Shown here one piece after another: positions 36,214 to 48,515 of a stretch of 64,000 nucleotides of DNA (position 1 is the first letter of the stretch; each line of letters starts with the position of its first letter). The notes below the pieces were generated by a model, which did not search any database, was not told where the DNA came from, and saw nothing but the letters and a program-made list of their open reading frames with translations. The stretch comes from Ophelia neglecta. Lineage: Eukaryota. Location of the stretch: the NCBI GenBank assembly GCA_965285935.1, contig OZ260663.1:81282001-81346000 (forward strand), given 5' to 3'. The translations under genes were made by a program, and so were the position numbers.

Positions 36214-39200
36214 CTATATACAATGTATATGTATATGTCGATATATTGAAAGGTACAACTGGCTGAGGCGTAGACAAGAAATTATCAATTAAGGAAAACT
36301 ATTAATGATCTTGAATTACCGGAATGTAACTTGAAGCCGGCTTGGCCATTCTTTTTTTTTAGTCTGTAAAAGGAAAAAGACCCCGCCCCCCCCCCCCCCC
36401 CCCCAATTGCTACTCTTGGAGCGTTTGTCCAAACCCTGATGTCATATTGAGTCAGATGGCAGAGCAGACGGTAAATGCCCGATATTGGCGGGAAATCTGA
36501 GCCGCTGTCGGTGGTGTGGAGTCTCCAGCGGGCCGTTATACCACGACCTCTGACCCTGCCTTGTAGCCCAGGTGCCGCGGCTGCTCCCCACACACATACC
36601 TGGCCAACCAGTCCTGCCACCATCCAATATTAATGATCAATTACCGACAAGAAAAGCTAATTTCGTTTTGCAGCCGATTTAATGATCTCATTGCTCGAGT
36701 GCGTTTCACCGGGCTAATCAAGCCTGTCGAATATGAAATGATAACCCCCGGCTATTTTGGCTTCTGTCTGCCTCTGGCTGGGATGTTTTACAGCCAGTTG
36801 ATCCAGCAAGTCGCAGGCTAATAGCCGACTGCTGTTGTTCGACAAAGGTGCTGAGATAGACGAGCACACTGATTCCATTTTGCGATCTGTTTTACAATTG
36901 GTCGTGTATCAAGACGAAATTATACCATGCAGATTCATTTGGTCATGTTTTAATTGCGATTTTATCATCCTTTTTGGAATTGCTTCCGTGTTTGCCTTCA
37001 AACGTCGTTGGTACGATGGTTTTACAGTGCACCCCTCTTAAACCTGCGACCCTTTCACATAATAAGCATGGGCTTGTGTTCATTTTTATCACCACTTTTT
37101 AGTACGGGAAATATTTATAGACTAACAGGTAATATGAAAACCTATCATAAGAAGACCAACGATAGAAGACAAAAATGCTAAACGTTTTGCATGTTAAGAA
37201 TGAAAGGTTGTTGATAATATACCTTTATTGTATGTATAGGCCTATATCAGGCCTAAAACTGTGTACTATCTGCAACTCGTGAACAAAATCCTTTCATGTA
37301 CGGTACATAATAAGTTGACATCTCAGTTAAGAGGTCATGACGTGGTTTGACTTTGAAGGACGGCGCAGTCTCGGGACGCACTCTTCCGGTTGGCCGAGCT
37401 CGTCACCCGAGGCCAGTTTCGGTGATGGTCTGAAATAGGCAGGTGGATTAACTGGCCGTCTGCTTCTAGTCGCCTGATTATGCGTCTAATTGATGTTTTA
37501 TATGGGTGATTATTACCCTACTTATGGGCAGTCACATAACCCTTTCGCCTCGCCACAGTTTTGGTCGGTTTCAGGTCCCATGAGCACCTCATAAACGACT
37601 GCATCATCATTAGCCATAATCCAAGTGGGATTGCCATGTAAATTCTCATGTTAGAAAAGTTCTAACTGCCACCTTCCGAATCCGCAGTAATTGCTTTGTC
37701 TGGCCTCTTTTTGTCTTAAATTTCATTTAGGTCCGTACTAGTATTTAATTATATTGTATATAGAACACTTATTTTTTCTAATTATCGTTTTTGTGCTTGG
37801 CCAGAAATGCAGACTCGAGGTTTGGTGTTAACTCGGCCGTGCGACAGACTTGCAGCTGGCTGTTGTTACACGCAGGTAATGGCCTCATGTCGGAGATACC
37901 TCTTGTGTTTAGTTCAGATTGAGCAGATGTTTTTGTTCTTCTGTGGCATTCGAAAGTTACACATTATAAAACAACACCCAGTGTGTTTTACACAGTCATG
38001 CGACTTCGGTTTTCTGCCCACCTTTTATAATGAATACAGAAAATAAATAATAATATTGTCGCTTATTTTCATTCCCTGTATGCATGAAAAACATACATGT
38101 ACTTATTTAGTTCTGGTTTTAGAGAAGACAATGCGACCAAAGGAAGCTCAATTTATCCTATACTGTCCATTGTAATTAAGTTTTTTTTTAGATATATATT
38201 ACTAGATAAGACACATGCGGAAAAATAATTCAAAATAAAACAGGTCCACCAAAGAAAGAAAACACCAAACAAAGTGCATAACAATGCTGCAGATTACAAT
38301 AATTGTCATCCCACACAACCAAACCAATAACACAACAATAATGCCATCGCATGCCAATATATTTAGAAGGACAGGAAAGTGATCAGCTAGACGGTCTAGA
38401 CTAGTAGTTAATACGGTCTAACAGGGATGTTTTAAACTCAAACACCGAACGCCTTAGGATTTAAAAAGAAATTTCCAATTATATTTTCAGATGAAATGGA
38501 TGTTTACCTTGTTGCCTATACTAAAACGGCCATTGAACGTTGTAAACAACAACAAAACAAATGACGATATAATAATAATGATACAATTATTAATAATTAT
38601 ATGGGCCTACAATTATATATTTATGCCTAAATTAGGGGGTCCATTAAATATAGACCATTCATGATGTCAGTGTTTTTAAAAGCAGGTTGATGCTATTACT
38701 TTCTATAATAACGTGGACCAGTGGCCAGTTTCGGACCATGGCGTTAAGAGTTGGCGGGGACAATCTTTTGAAAGTCGACAGTCCAGACTTTCTATTATAA
38801 ATGGGAGTACATTGTCTTTTTTTAAGTTAGACAAACGGGACTACAGAAATACATCTTGTTGACCAATCTGTTCAGTTCGGTCTGTTACACCTATAGCGTC
38901 ATGTCTGTAGCCACCGACATGACAGGTAGACTAAATATACAGCCAGTCTAATTAGTTTCTCTATGATTTTGCCCAGTTTGACATTTCACGGACCTCTGTG
39001 AATAATGGGGTGAAAACACGGGTAGTTTAAGGTACACAGATAAAACTATCGGACGACATATTCTCTACAAGCAGACGACAAATGGTCCGCGCTCATCAAA
39101 GGCGTTCGTATAGCAGACATAGGTAAGTTGTGACAGTGCGTGGCGCGACGACGCCGATATTCCCGCGACTAGAGATCCTATCGGACGATTCGGCAAATAG

Positions 39201-42200
39201 CTGCCGTGCCGAAGGAGACAGGCGCAATCTCATACGAACAGATAGGCATCGCGATTGTCAAAATGAAATAAAAGGGCCGTAAGATACAAGTCTTACATAC
39301 GCCTTTCAAGTAAGGAAACATGTAGTGGATTGTTCTAGCGTACATTACTGCTATCAGTGAAGATGATGTTGGACCTGTGTATTCTGCCCAGACGAGGTTA
39401 TCAGCTACTAGTTTCTATAGGTGTTGAAGTGGGGCGATAAAGTGCTCAGATAAGGGGCATTGTACATTAGGAACTCTATAGATAATGTTGTTTGCCCGAT
39501 TTCATGATGGCCTCTCGGACCAATCACCTCTCCATGTTTGCCTGGAGAGTCTTGTATAGTGCATCTGAGAGTTTCTTATAGATATATATGCAAGTCAAGT
39601 TTTGATAATTCGTCATTTTTATTTAGGTCTTTAGTGACCACAGTAATTTGGCCTTGGCTCAAACGCCATATTAACTCTAAATATCAAAGATATTTAAAGT
39701 ATAGGCCTATTTATTAGTGTAAATACATTATTTACTGTCATGCCTATATACGCCTATAAATCTCATCTAGTATAATAAAGCACTCAGCATGACAGCCAAT
39801 AACATTTTCAAATTTTACATCAATAGTCACATGCAAATGCAAGACAGGAGCTTTACAAATTCTTAGATGAACACGAAGTGCTATATAGGCCCTAAACGGC
39901 CCGAGGGTCTATCAACAGTCTTTGAGAGTGTTTTAGTAGTTTCTCTGAGTGATGTACCCGCGGCTATCTGACAGAACTGACGATTAGCTCGGCTATAGAG
40001 GGCTTGGAGCCGGTGGCTAGTAAGTGGAGCTGTCTTGTAGCGGGGTTGTGATGGTAGGAGGCGGGGGAGGTCGGCTGCCCCGAGGCCGGGCGGACAGCAC
40101 GCTCCTTACCCCGCCAAGCCAGCCTGCCCCTCTCCCGGAACCACTCTCCTCACGCCTCCCTCCTCTGGCCTCAGGCAGGCATGGAGAATGTTTGTTTTTC
40201 AAAGGCTAAGATTTAGCTTCTAGGTTTACCCTCGCTATCAGACGACATGCCGATGTTAAATCAACTCCCGACAACTGTTATGGAGCTCATAATTCGGACC
40301 TGCCACCAAACCGCGGGAAGCCTCTTACTCCAGGCTTACTCAATTAGTGGCGAAACATGATTTTAAAAGGTGTAAGCCTAACGGTAGCCTCCAATTAATT
40401 AGTGTCAGATAAATGCAGGGTTTAGTTTAAGAAGACTGGCAGGCGTGCTACATCCACTCGGTCTATACAGTTTATATCGAGATCATGAGCTAATTTCAAG
40501 AAGGAGGTCAACTTATCTTATAAATGGCACGGGACTTGCTCTATACTCACCATGGGTGCTTACTAGACGCCCGGGCTTATCTTAAAGTTTAAAACTGCGA
40601 GTATCCCAACACTCTAGGCCTTTAATACTTTCTACAATGTGAAAGTGGTATCGTTTAGCCTACAACTCACGCTGATCAATTCAATAAATAAATTCATATA
40701 AATTATAGGCCTTTGTGGGAAGATCCTTAAAGGCTATATGCCTTACAGTCACAAGCTTCGGTTGACGTTGCCCCCCCCCCCTGCCCCCTCCCGTTCCCCC
40801 TCCCCCGCTGTCCCTCTACCATTTCTAAATCGGTGAAAGATAGTTAAGGGCACGTGTATAAAGCTGCTAAACAGGGCTGGGGCCAATAACTTCAGGACCT
40901 AATGGAATATTCCATGAACAATAAGATAAAAACAGTGACATGATGTCAGTTCCGGGACGAGTCCAGGGCCGTTAGCTTACTGACAGGAGTGTATGGGCCA
41001 ATGGTCACGGAAGCGATAAAAAACGAGAGATACAAATACTTAATAAATGGTTATTAATTAGGGTACCTAACCTTGTAGAAGAATACTACTGTGAATAGCG
41101 TGGATAAAGGGTTTTTGCCTAGATTTTGTTAGAAGATCCGAGTTTCGGTGACATCCCGCGGTTAACACGCGCGATGTCGTCTGCTCTTATCAGTCCGCCG
41201 TGTACAATTAAATTGGCCGGTGTACAGGGCTGCTGCCGTCCAGTCTCACCAGCATGACTGTTTACACCCAGCTGATCTTTCCCCGGGGAAGAAGCTACAT
41301 TTCTTGAAGTGTCTCTCCGATTAAGGGGAAACCCTCCTGCTTGGGCTGCTCTATAGATGCGCAATTTGAGAAATCACGGAATTAAATATATTCAGGAATA
41401 AAAAACAAAGCAGAGGCAAGTATTAAGATGCGGAACCTAAAACTATTTAGCATGCTTCAAACACCTCCGTACAGTATAAGTTCAACTTATTCGATAGTCC
41501 GGAACACAATTTAAGACAAAGGGCTTATCAAATAAAACACAGTTGTATCCTATTTTGATAACAAAATTGGACGCATGAAAGAGACGCACTTGTTTAAAGG
41601 TAGAATCTATCAGAGCCGTTAAAATGTACAGATATATTTGATTACATCCCCTCAGCCTTCATCTGTACATCTGTTACCGAGTTTCTCTGGAACCTGCAGA
41701 CCTACAATCTAGGCGAGTCATATTTTCTTTGCTACCTGGTTAATTTTAAAGCTTGGTAAAAACTTTACAACTAACAGACGAAACCCAATATCATTGATGT
41801 TATACATTTTCCTATGAGTATCAGTATACTAATTCTCAATAATTCTCTATTTATTTCATTTGTTGTTGTTTTAGTAATGAAACTGCAAAAATGCTTTCAT
41901 CGGAGGAAATGTTGATGATCCATATGGTTAAGGAGTTTTTGACTGTTATGCTATACGTCTGCTCAATTCGTTCTGAAATTGAAGCTCTGTTATTTTTTTA
42001 TTTGTCAATTGTTCAGACAACTTTCTACCACTGCCAAGATATTCTCGTCCTTTATTTAGCAAAGAAAATAAGGATAAATTGGAAAATTTGACAATTTTGT
42101 GCGGAATTATGAGACACGTGTTTAGTGGCCAAACAAAGGGCAATCACGATTGGCATGCTCAAGGAAATGAAAGTGTCTGCGCCCTTAACACCCGACCTCT

Positions 42201-43603
42201 TGACCTCTAAGGTTTACAGGGTGGGTCATTCCTTTTAAGGAATGACTTTAAGTGCCATGGAGTGAGATAATTGTCCGAGGGCTATGTCTCAGATGCTAAT
42301 TAGCATAGATAAAAGTTAAACATCTTTTAACCTGGTAGTTGGTTAGTGTTATAAATCACAACATCTGAAGAAGCTACTGGCGTGATAATCACATCTGGTC
42401 TTTGTTTGAAAATAATAAATTAATGCAATGGCTTATCTTTGTTAATTATATGACGCATCTATTTTAATGGCCATATGTGGCGGTGAAGTTTAAAAGCTGT
42501 CACACTGTGTACATTAAACATTTTCAGGGAAATAACTGATCTTTTTGTAAAGTTAATTGATGTTAGACTCTCATTCACGCTTTTTTTCTCCGAACGATAT
42601 ACTCTTAATTGAGCAACTCATTAGACTATTTTTTTAAAGTACTGACTTTTTTGACTTTTGACACTTGGGGCGGTTGAATTAATGTGTGTTAAAAATAAGT
42701 GTTTGTGTGGGTGGATGTGTATTCCGGGGGGGGGGGATTCACTTGGACGGTGTGTGGGGACCGTCTTCAGATTTCAAGTCATTTCGGAGCGCCAGGGAAG
42801 GGCAACGCGGGTCTGTCGTTGTTAGAGGAAGTGGTAAAGGCAGTGGGCGGAAGTTAGAATAATGTGGGTCAGCAGCTCATGGGCAGGGTATGGGAGGGGT
42901 CAGTCAGCACACATTTGAGTAATTAGCTATTGTGACTTTGCCTGCCATAATCGCAGCCGAAATAAGAAAAAGGGCAGATAGTGAGTTTAGTGTGAGAGGC
43001 GGCAACAGTATGAGAAAAACGACCAGCCCGGTGAAGCCCAAGTTCATCCTACAAGCAATAATGCTGTTAAGGATTTGGTCTGTTGTTAAAATAGCGGAAA
43101 TAGCTTCGGCCGGAGTGACTACCCACACAGACACGTACAGGGTATGAGAGGCGGCAGACTATATCAATCAGCACCAAGGAAGGGTGTCCCTGGGGCAGTT
43201 GTCGGCAGCCTCCCCCCCCCCCCTCCCTATTTATGATTTGACCCCCGATAGATTCGCCCTTATACAACCAGCTGTTGTATCACTTTTGTGACTTTGTCTT
43301 TTGCCTGTCATAACTGCTGATCATATATATATATATATATTAACATTGTGCATATGGTAGTCTTTTGAGCGACAACTAATTTAAAATGATTAATAAATCA
43401 AAACACAGAGGATGATTGGTGTAAAAACAACAATTAGAAATGCGTGTTAGTTTATTGAATTTGCGGCCATTGTTCACACAATAATTTTATTCCAAAGCCT
43501 TAAAGCACACTTTATTACCTTGTTCATCCTAAAAATTGATTGCGAGTTTTGAATATACACAATGTGCTTATTAAAATCTCGAGCGTTTAGGCCTACCAGA
43601 CGT

Positions 43604-43862
43604 TGGCGGATTCAGGGCTGCAGGAACGGAGTTTGGCAGGTGCGAGGTTCGGGGTGAGGGTGTGGGATGGGTGTGTGGGGGCGGGGATTGGGGTGGGGGA
43701 TGAGGGTGGGGGGTAGAACCCGGTTTCCTTTTTAAGGTTTGCCTTTATGTTGTGGGGTCGGGGTCCCATCTCAGTGGGTGGTCTGGGTCTTCGAACCCCA
43801 TGTCTCCCTCTGGGAGGGTGCATCCGTCCCACACGCTTAACTGAATCCTACATCTGCGCCTG
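43604..43862. mobile_element. Decayed MITE-like insertion
   Basis: TGGCGGATTCAGG at 43604, CTGAATCC at 43841 and cctacatctgcgcctg ending at 43862. G-run-rich interior. Confidence 0.5.
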
Positions 43863-46800
43863 CCATTAAAACTACTTTGAACTCCTTTTTGGTGTTTTCT
43901 AGTTGTAACAGGTGAACTCAGGTCATAAAAAAATCATTTTAACATAAAAGGGAACAATTTTATATTACCAAATTGCTTTCCGTGACAGTTGTAGCAGTTG
44001 CTATTTTCAGAGTTGATAAATCGTTAGAAAACTTCTTAATCTGGCATAAAATCGCCCTATTTTGTTTTGTGATTCATGAATATTTATGAATTATATAAAT
44101 TATTGTCCTTGTTCTAGTTAAATTGTTTGCTCCCGGTAACAACTGTTGTTGCCTTTTTTTTTATCAACCAGGTGGTTCACTCGGGCAATTTGGCATCACT
44201 TTCAAAGCAAAATCATACGATGTCATGATGTGCCGACTGCCCCCTCCCACTCCCTCCCCCTCCAGGGCTCCCCATATAACCATATGTCTGTCCGTTTTAA
44301 GCCCAAACCGTCAGCAGGGGGTGCATGGTAGGGGTAGGGGGTGGGGTTGATCACAGTTCACAGGATATTAAACAGGCAGTAGAAAACAAAACCCCAATAA
44401 TATATGCTTTTCGTTTATAAAAAGACTAACATATAGGCCTACCGAATTTACCATTAAATAAAGTTTATTGGCTTTATAAAAAATATATTATTTCTCAGTT
44501 CAAATGGTTTCTTGTAAATTCTAGATTATTGAAGCTCAACAAAGGAGTTGGAGTAAAATTTCAACTGTCCCCTCTCGTTTACACCTGTGACTTACTCTCA
44601 GGTAAAACACCAGCGTGGGACCAGTATAATTCATGTTGTCAGTACCGACACCTATTGTTTGTGATGAATTATTGTTAAGTCGTGTCCCTTCCGGGCGACA
44701 TGACCTGGTGTATATAGCTATAGCCCGCTTTGACTCCGGTGTCATCTCCTCTCAGCGTAACGTGGACTGATGGTACCACGGCTTCGGATAACAATAGGTA
44801 TCAACTAAGAAACCCGGTATCCCTCCAGGGACCGGGAACTCCTCAAAACCGCTGATATATTATCCCAATAATCGGCGGAAGGTGCTGTGGTTTCGCACAT
44901 TATAATAAAATATGTTGTATCGCTCCATATTCATCCATGTCGAGCTTCTTAGGTATCTTTTTAAATGTCCATATTTGTGTGAATTATTTAATGTCTATAC
45001 AATGTTATTTCGAATGCAATTTTCGGTTTAATTGAATTTGCAACTTATATAGAATATATAAGCTTAGCTCCGCTTTTATATCTGTGTGATTGGATGATAA
45101 TAATGTATTAACTGTCCAGGTACAGTCTGTTTTATACTTTATACAACTATACAGGCATTAGGATTCTTATGCAACTATATGAACTTAGGTTTCGCTAAAA
45201 TTACATTTAAAATGTCGATCAACCTAGTTTATTTTATATGTATATAAATATAGGCCTGTAAACAGTCTCTTGAGTACTGTGAGTGCTGTTCAAAGATTGT
45301 TTAGACTACTTTGTCTTTTTCTTCATTGAGCACTACCGAAGTGGTTTAAAGGACAGTTTGTAATTCAAATATTTGGAATATATTATCGTCTACTATCCCG
45401 GGTGGCGACAGAACAGTCATAAACGTGGATCTATGGGCGACAATTTTACTCATCAATAGGACGTCTGAAAGTAATTTGTTTTAGTTTTGGCTGTCAACTT
45501 TAATTCCAATACCCGATGACATTTTTAATAAATACACCAACATATATTACTGGGAACGAAGGGCTGTGACTCATCAGCACTAGCAACTCGTGAATTAGTC
45601 ACTTGAACAATTATCTCTTTAAGGTATATAGAATTTCTGTTTTTTGTCTACACCTCTAAATAAATAGTTTGTCATCGGTTCTGACACGGCCTGACAGGGG
45701 ACGGTGGTGGCACATTCGAGTGACATCTAGCCAGCCAGCTCAACAGTCAGGCTTAACACAATCTGTCTCCACGACAGCCAAACTCACAATTGAAAAATTC
45801 ATTATTAATCTGCTCCGATCTTCGGTGTTGAAAAACATTTCTACAGCAAGTGGCAGATTATGGAAATTATTCTCCCTGCCTTATCTTTTGTTAAAACAAA
45901 TCTTTAGCCGTGCCAAGCGGGACTTAGGAAACCCAACCAGCGATCAAAATATTTCTTCAAATATTCAACAGGCTTTTGTTTGAAATAAGACAAAGGATGT
46001 TGTGGGTGACATTGTTTTACATGCTGGGGGTATCACTTACGCCGGCGAGGTTATCATATGCGCGGGCATGGGCTTATTATCAACAATATGGGGCGAAATT
46101 ATAAATGGTAGAGTGGGTGGCATGGATTAGCATTATTAGACGCCCATAACTCCCAGAGGGTCCCTCTGATAAACGCCCACCCAAATCATCGCAGCTCAGA
46201 ACACAAACAATACACGTACGACGGTGGGCCATGAGATGGTCCCCCTTCGAAAATAAAACCAGGCAATTTTAATGCCTTTTTTTGAAATTGCAGTTAAAGA
46301 ATATTTTTAATAATTGTTTTTTAGGCCCAGTAGCGTGTCGATTGTCTTTTTATAAGCCCATTAGATGTCAATGCGTTTTTTTATTAAACAATTTCACTTC
46401 TTGGTCGTGTTTTTCTCAACTTTCAACAGAAAGTTGATTATTGCTTTGTCAATTCCCCCAAAACCTGCCGATTGATCGAAGGTATTTAAAGTGTTTTGCA
46501 ACCTTCCCTGTTATGTTTGAAAGAAACCCGAAATATTTCATTCGTTCTATCGTCATAACTTTGGCAGAATTATAATTGTATTTGTTGGTAACGAGAGAGA
46601 CCGGTGGGTCTGCTGTCCAGTCTCAAAGAGAAAACAAAGAAACCAACTCCCGGAATGACAAACACCTTAAAGATTATAGACTCATGCGTTGAGAGTTGAG
46701 AGTTAGTTATAGCATTCTGACCACTCTGGTCTGGGACACACCTGGTCTACCTGTCCAGGTATCTCTCGGCAGAATACAAGATGTGTCAAATCAAATGATA

Positions 46801-47994
46801 ACATCACCAATTTATCAATATATATGTAGGCCCATATAATTTACATAGGCATAACGGATCATTTGCACGCGGTGTGGTATAGATTTTGTTCGTTTTTTGC
46901 TGGTATTAGTGTCACCCGGACTAGTCATCCAGCCCGTAGCCAGGTCGATGGTCCAGTTGATAACCCTGTGACTGCACTCGGCCCCGAGTGTCACATCAAT
47001 CGAGTCTCCTGCGAAGAGGCCATGGTCCAGGGGCTGTGACCTCCGCCGATTACGGTAGTCAATATCACGGTGAGACGGTCTGCCGGATCTACACTTCCTA
47101 CGGACCACTTGCTTCTTTTCATCCATGGACTAACGGCGGTTTCAATCCCCGGGCTACCACATAGACCAATGAGTGCACCATGACTGGGGAAAGCCAGGGC
47201 CGTTATTTCAAAGAGCCCCCCCCCCCTCCCCCGTCCCACCCCTCCCCCCTCTCCCAACCCCCCAACCCGGGCCCCCAACCCTCGTTTCAACCTCCCATTC
47301 CCGTCCCCACCCCCCATCAACCGCCCCAGGAGCGAGGACCGATTGTCTTAGATCCTATAGAACTTCTAATCTTCTGACGAAGAGACTGATCATGTTGTCA
47401 TGGCGAGAGTGTCCCGGACCAAGGGACCTGGTCCGGAAGACTTCTCATTCCGGTCACGACTGCTGCCTCAGAGCTGCGTCGACAGCCAGCGGACCCGGGA
47501 CCCGCGTCACCCTCCCCGACTGAGACCATGCCAATGCCCGGGAGCTCACATTGAAAGGCTCCGGACTTACGAACCATTGTCGTGGCCTCTCTTGCTAGCA
47601 CGAGCTAGGCTATTGGCCAAAAAGTTTCTTCAGCCTGGTAATCGAGGTACCCTGTACCGGACTCTACCCGAATGCCTTAGTCGGAGGGCGCAGTCGGTTT
47701 GGTTCGCCCAGAGACCCTGGTCTGTCTCCAGTGTAACTGTTTCTTGGGTCGTCCTGAGGAACGAGGTACATGTATCTCAGTTCATATCACCCATAAGCCC
47801 CGGGCCTATACCAACAGGTTGTTGATCTGGAGATCATGACCCCCTCTCTCCCCCCTCCTCCTCTGTCTCCTAACACCCCCCCCCCCCCGGCCCCCGGACT
47901 CCATCATGGTTTATCCTCACTGGCATGGAGGGAGGGGAGGGGGGTTTAAGGGGGATAACAACTCGGCTATCTCATTCTCCGTGAGTCAAGCGCC

Positions 47995-48515
47995 GACTGG
48001 GTCTGGATCCATCCGGTGGGTCTAGTCCTGCCTTTTAGGTCTGGTCCGGCCCTGTGGGTCTGGTCCTGCCTGTTAGTTCTGGTCCGGCCCTGTGGGTTTG
48101 GTCCTGCCTTTTAGGTCTGGTCCGGCCCTGTGGGTTTGGTCCCGCCCTGTGGGTCTGGTCCTGCCTGTTAGTTCTGGTCCGGCCCTGTGGGTTTGGTCCT
48201 GCGTTGAAAGCTTGGTCCCGCCTGTGGGTTTGGTCGCGCCCTGTGGGTCTTGCCCCTTCCTGTGGGTCTCGTCCTGCCTTGTAGGTCTGTTCCCGCCTGT
48301 GGGTTTGGTCGCGCCCTGTGGGTCTTGCCCCTTCCTGTGGGTCTCGTCCTGCCTTGTAGGTCTGTTCCCGCCTGTGGGTTTGGTCGCGCCCTGTGGGTCT
48401 GGCCCCTCCCTGTGGGTTTGGTCTGCCTGTTAGTTCTGGTCCGGCCCTGTGGGTTCGGTCCTGCGTTGAAAGGTCTGGTCCTGCCTTGTTGGCCTGTTCC
48501 CGCTCTGTGGGTCCC
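47995..48515 (+). repeat. 19-bp minisatellite (ggtctggtccggccctgtg and variants) with a 75-bp higher-order unit
   Basis: Tandem 18-19-bp variants. The 75-bp block recurs at 48221, 48296 and 48371. Confidence 0.93.
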
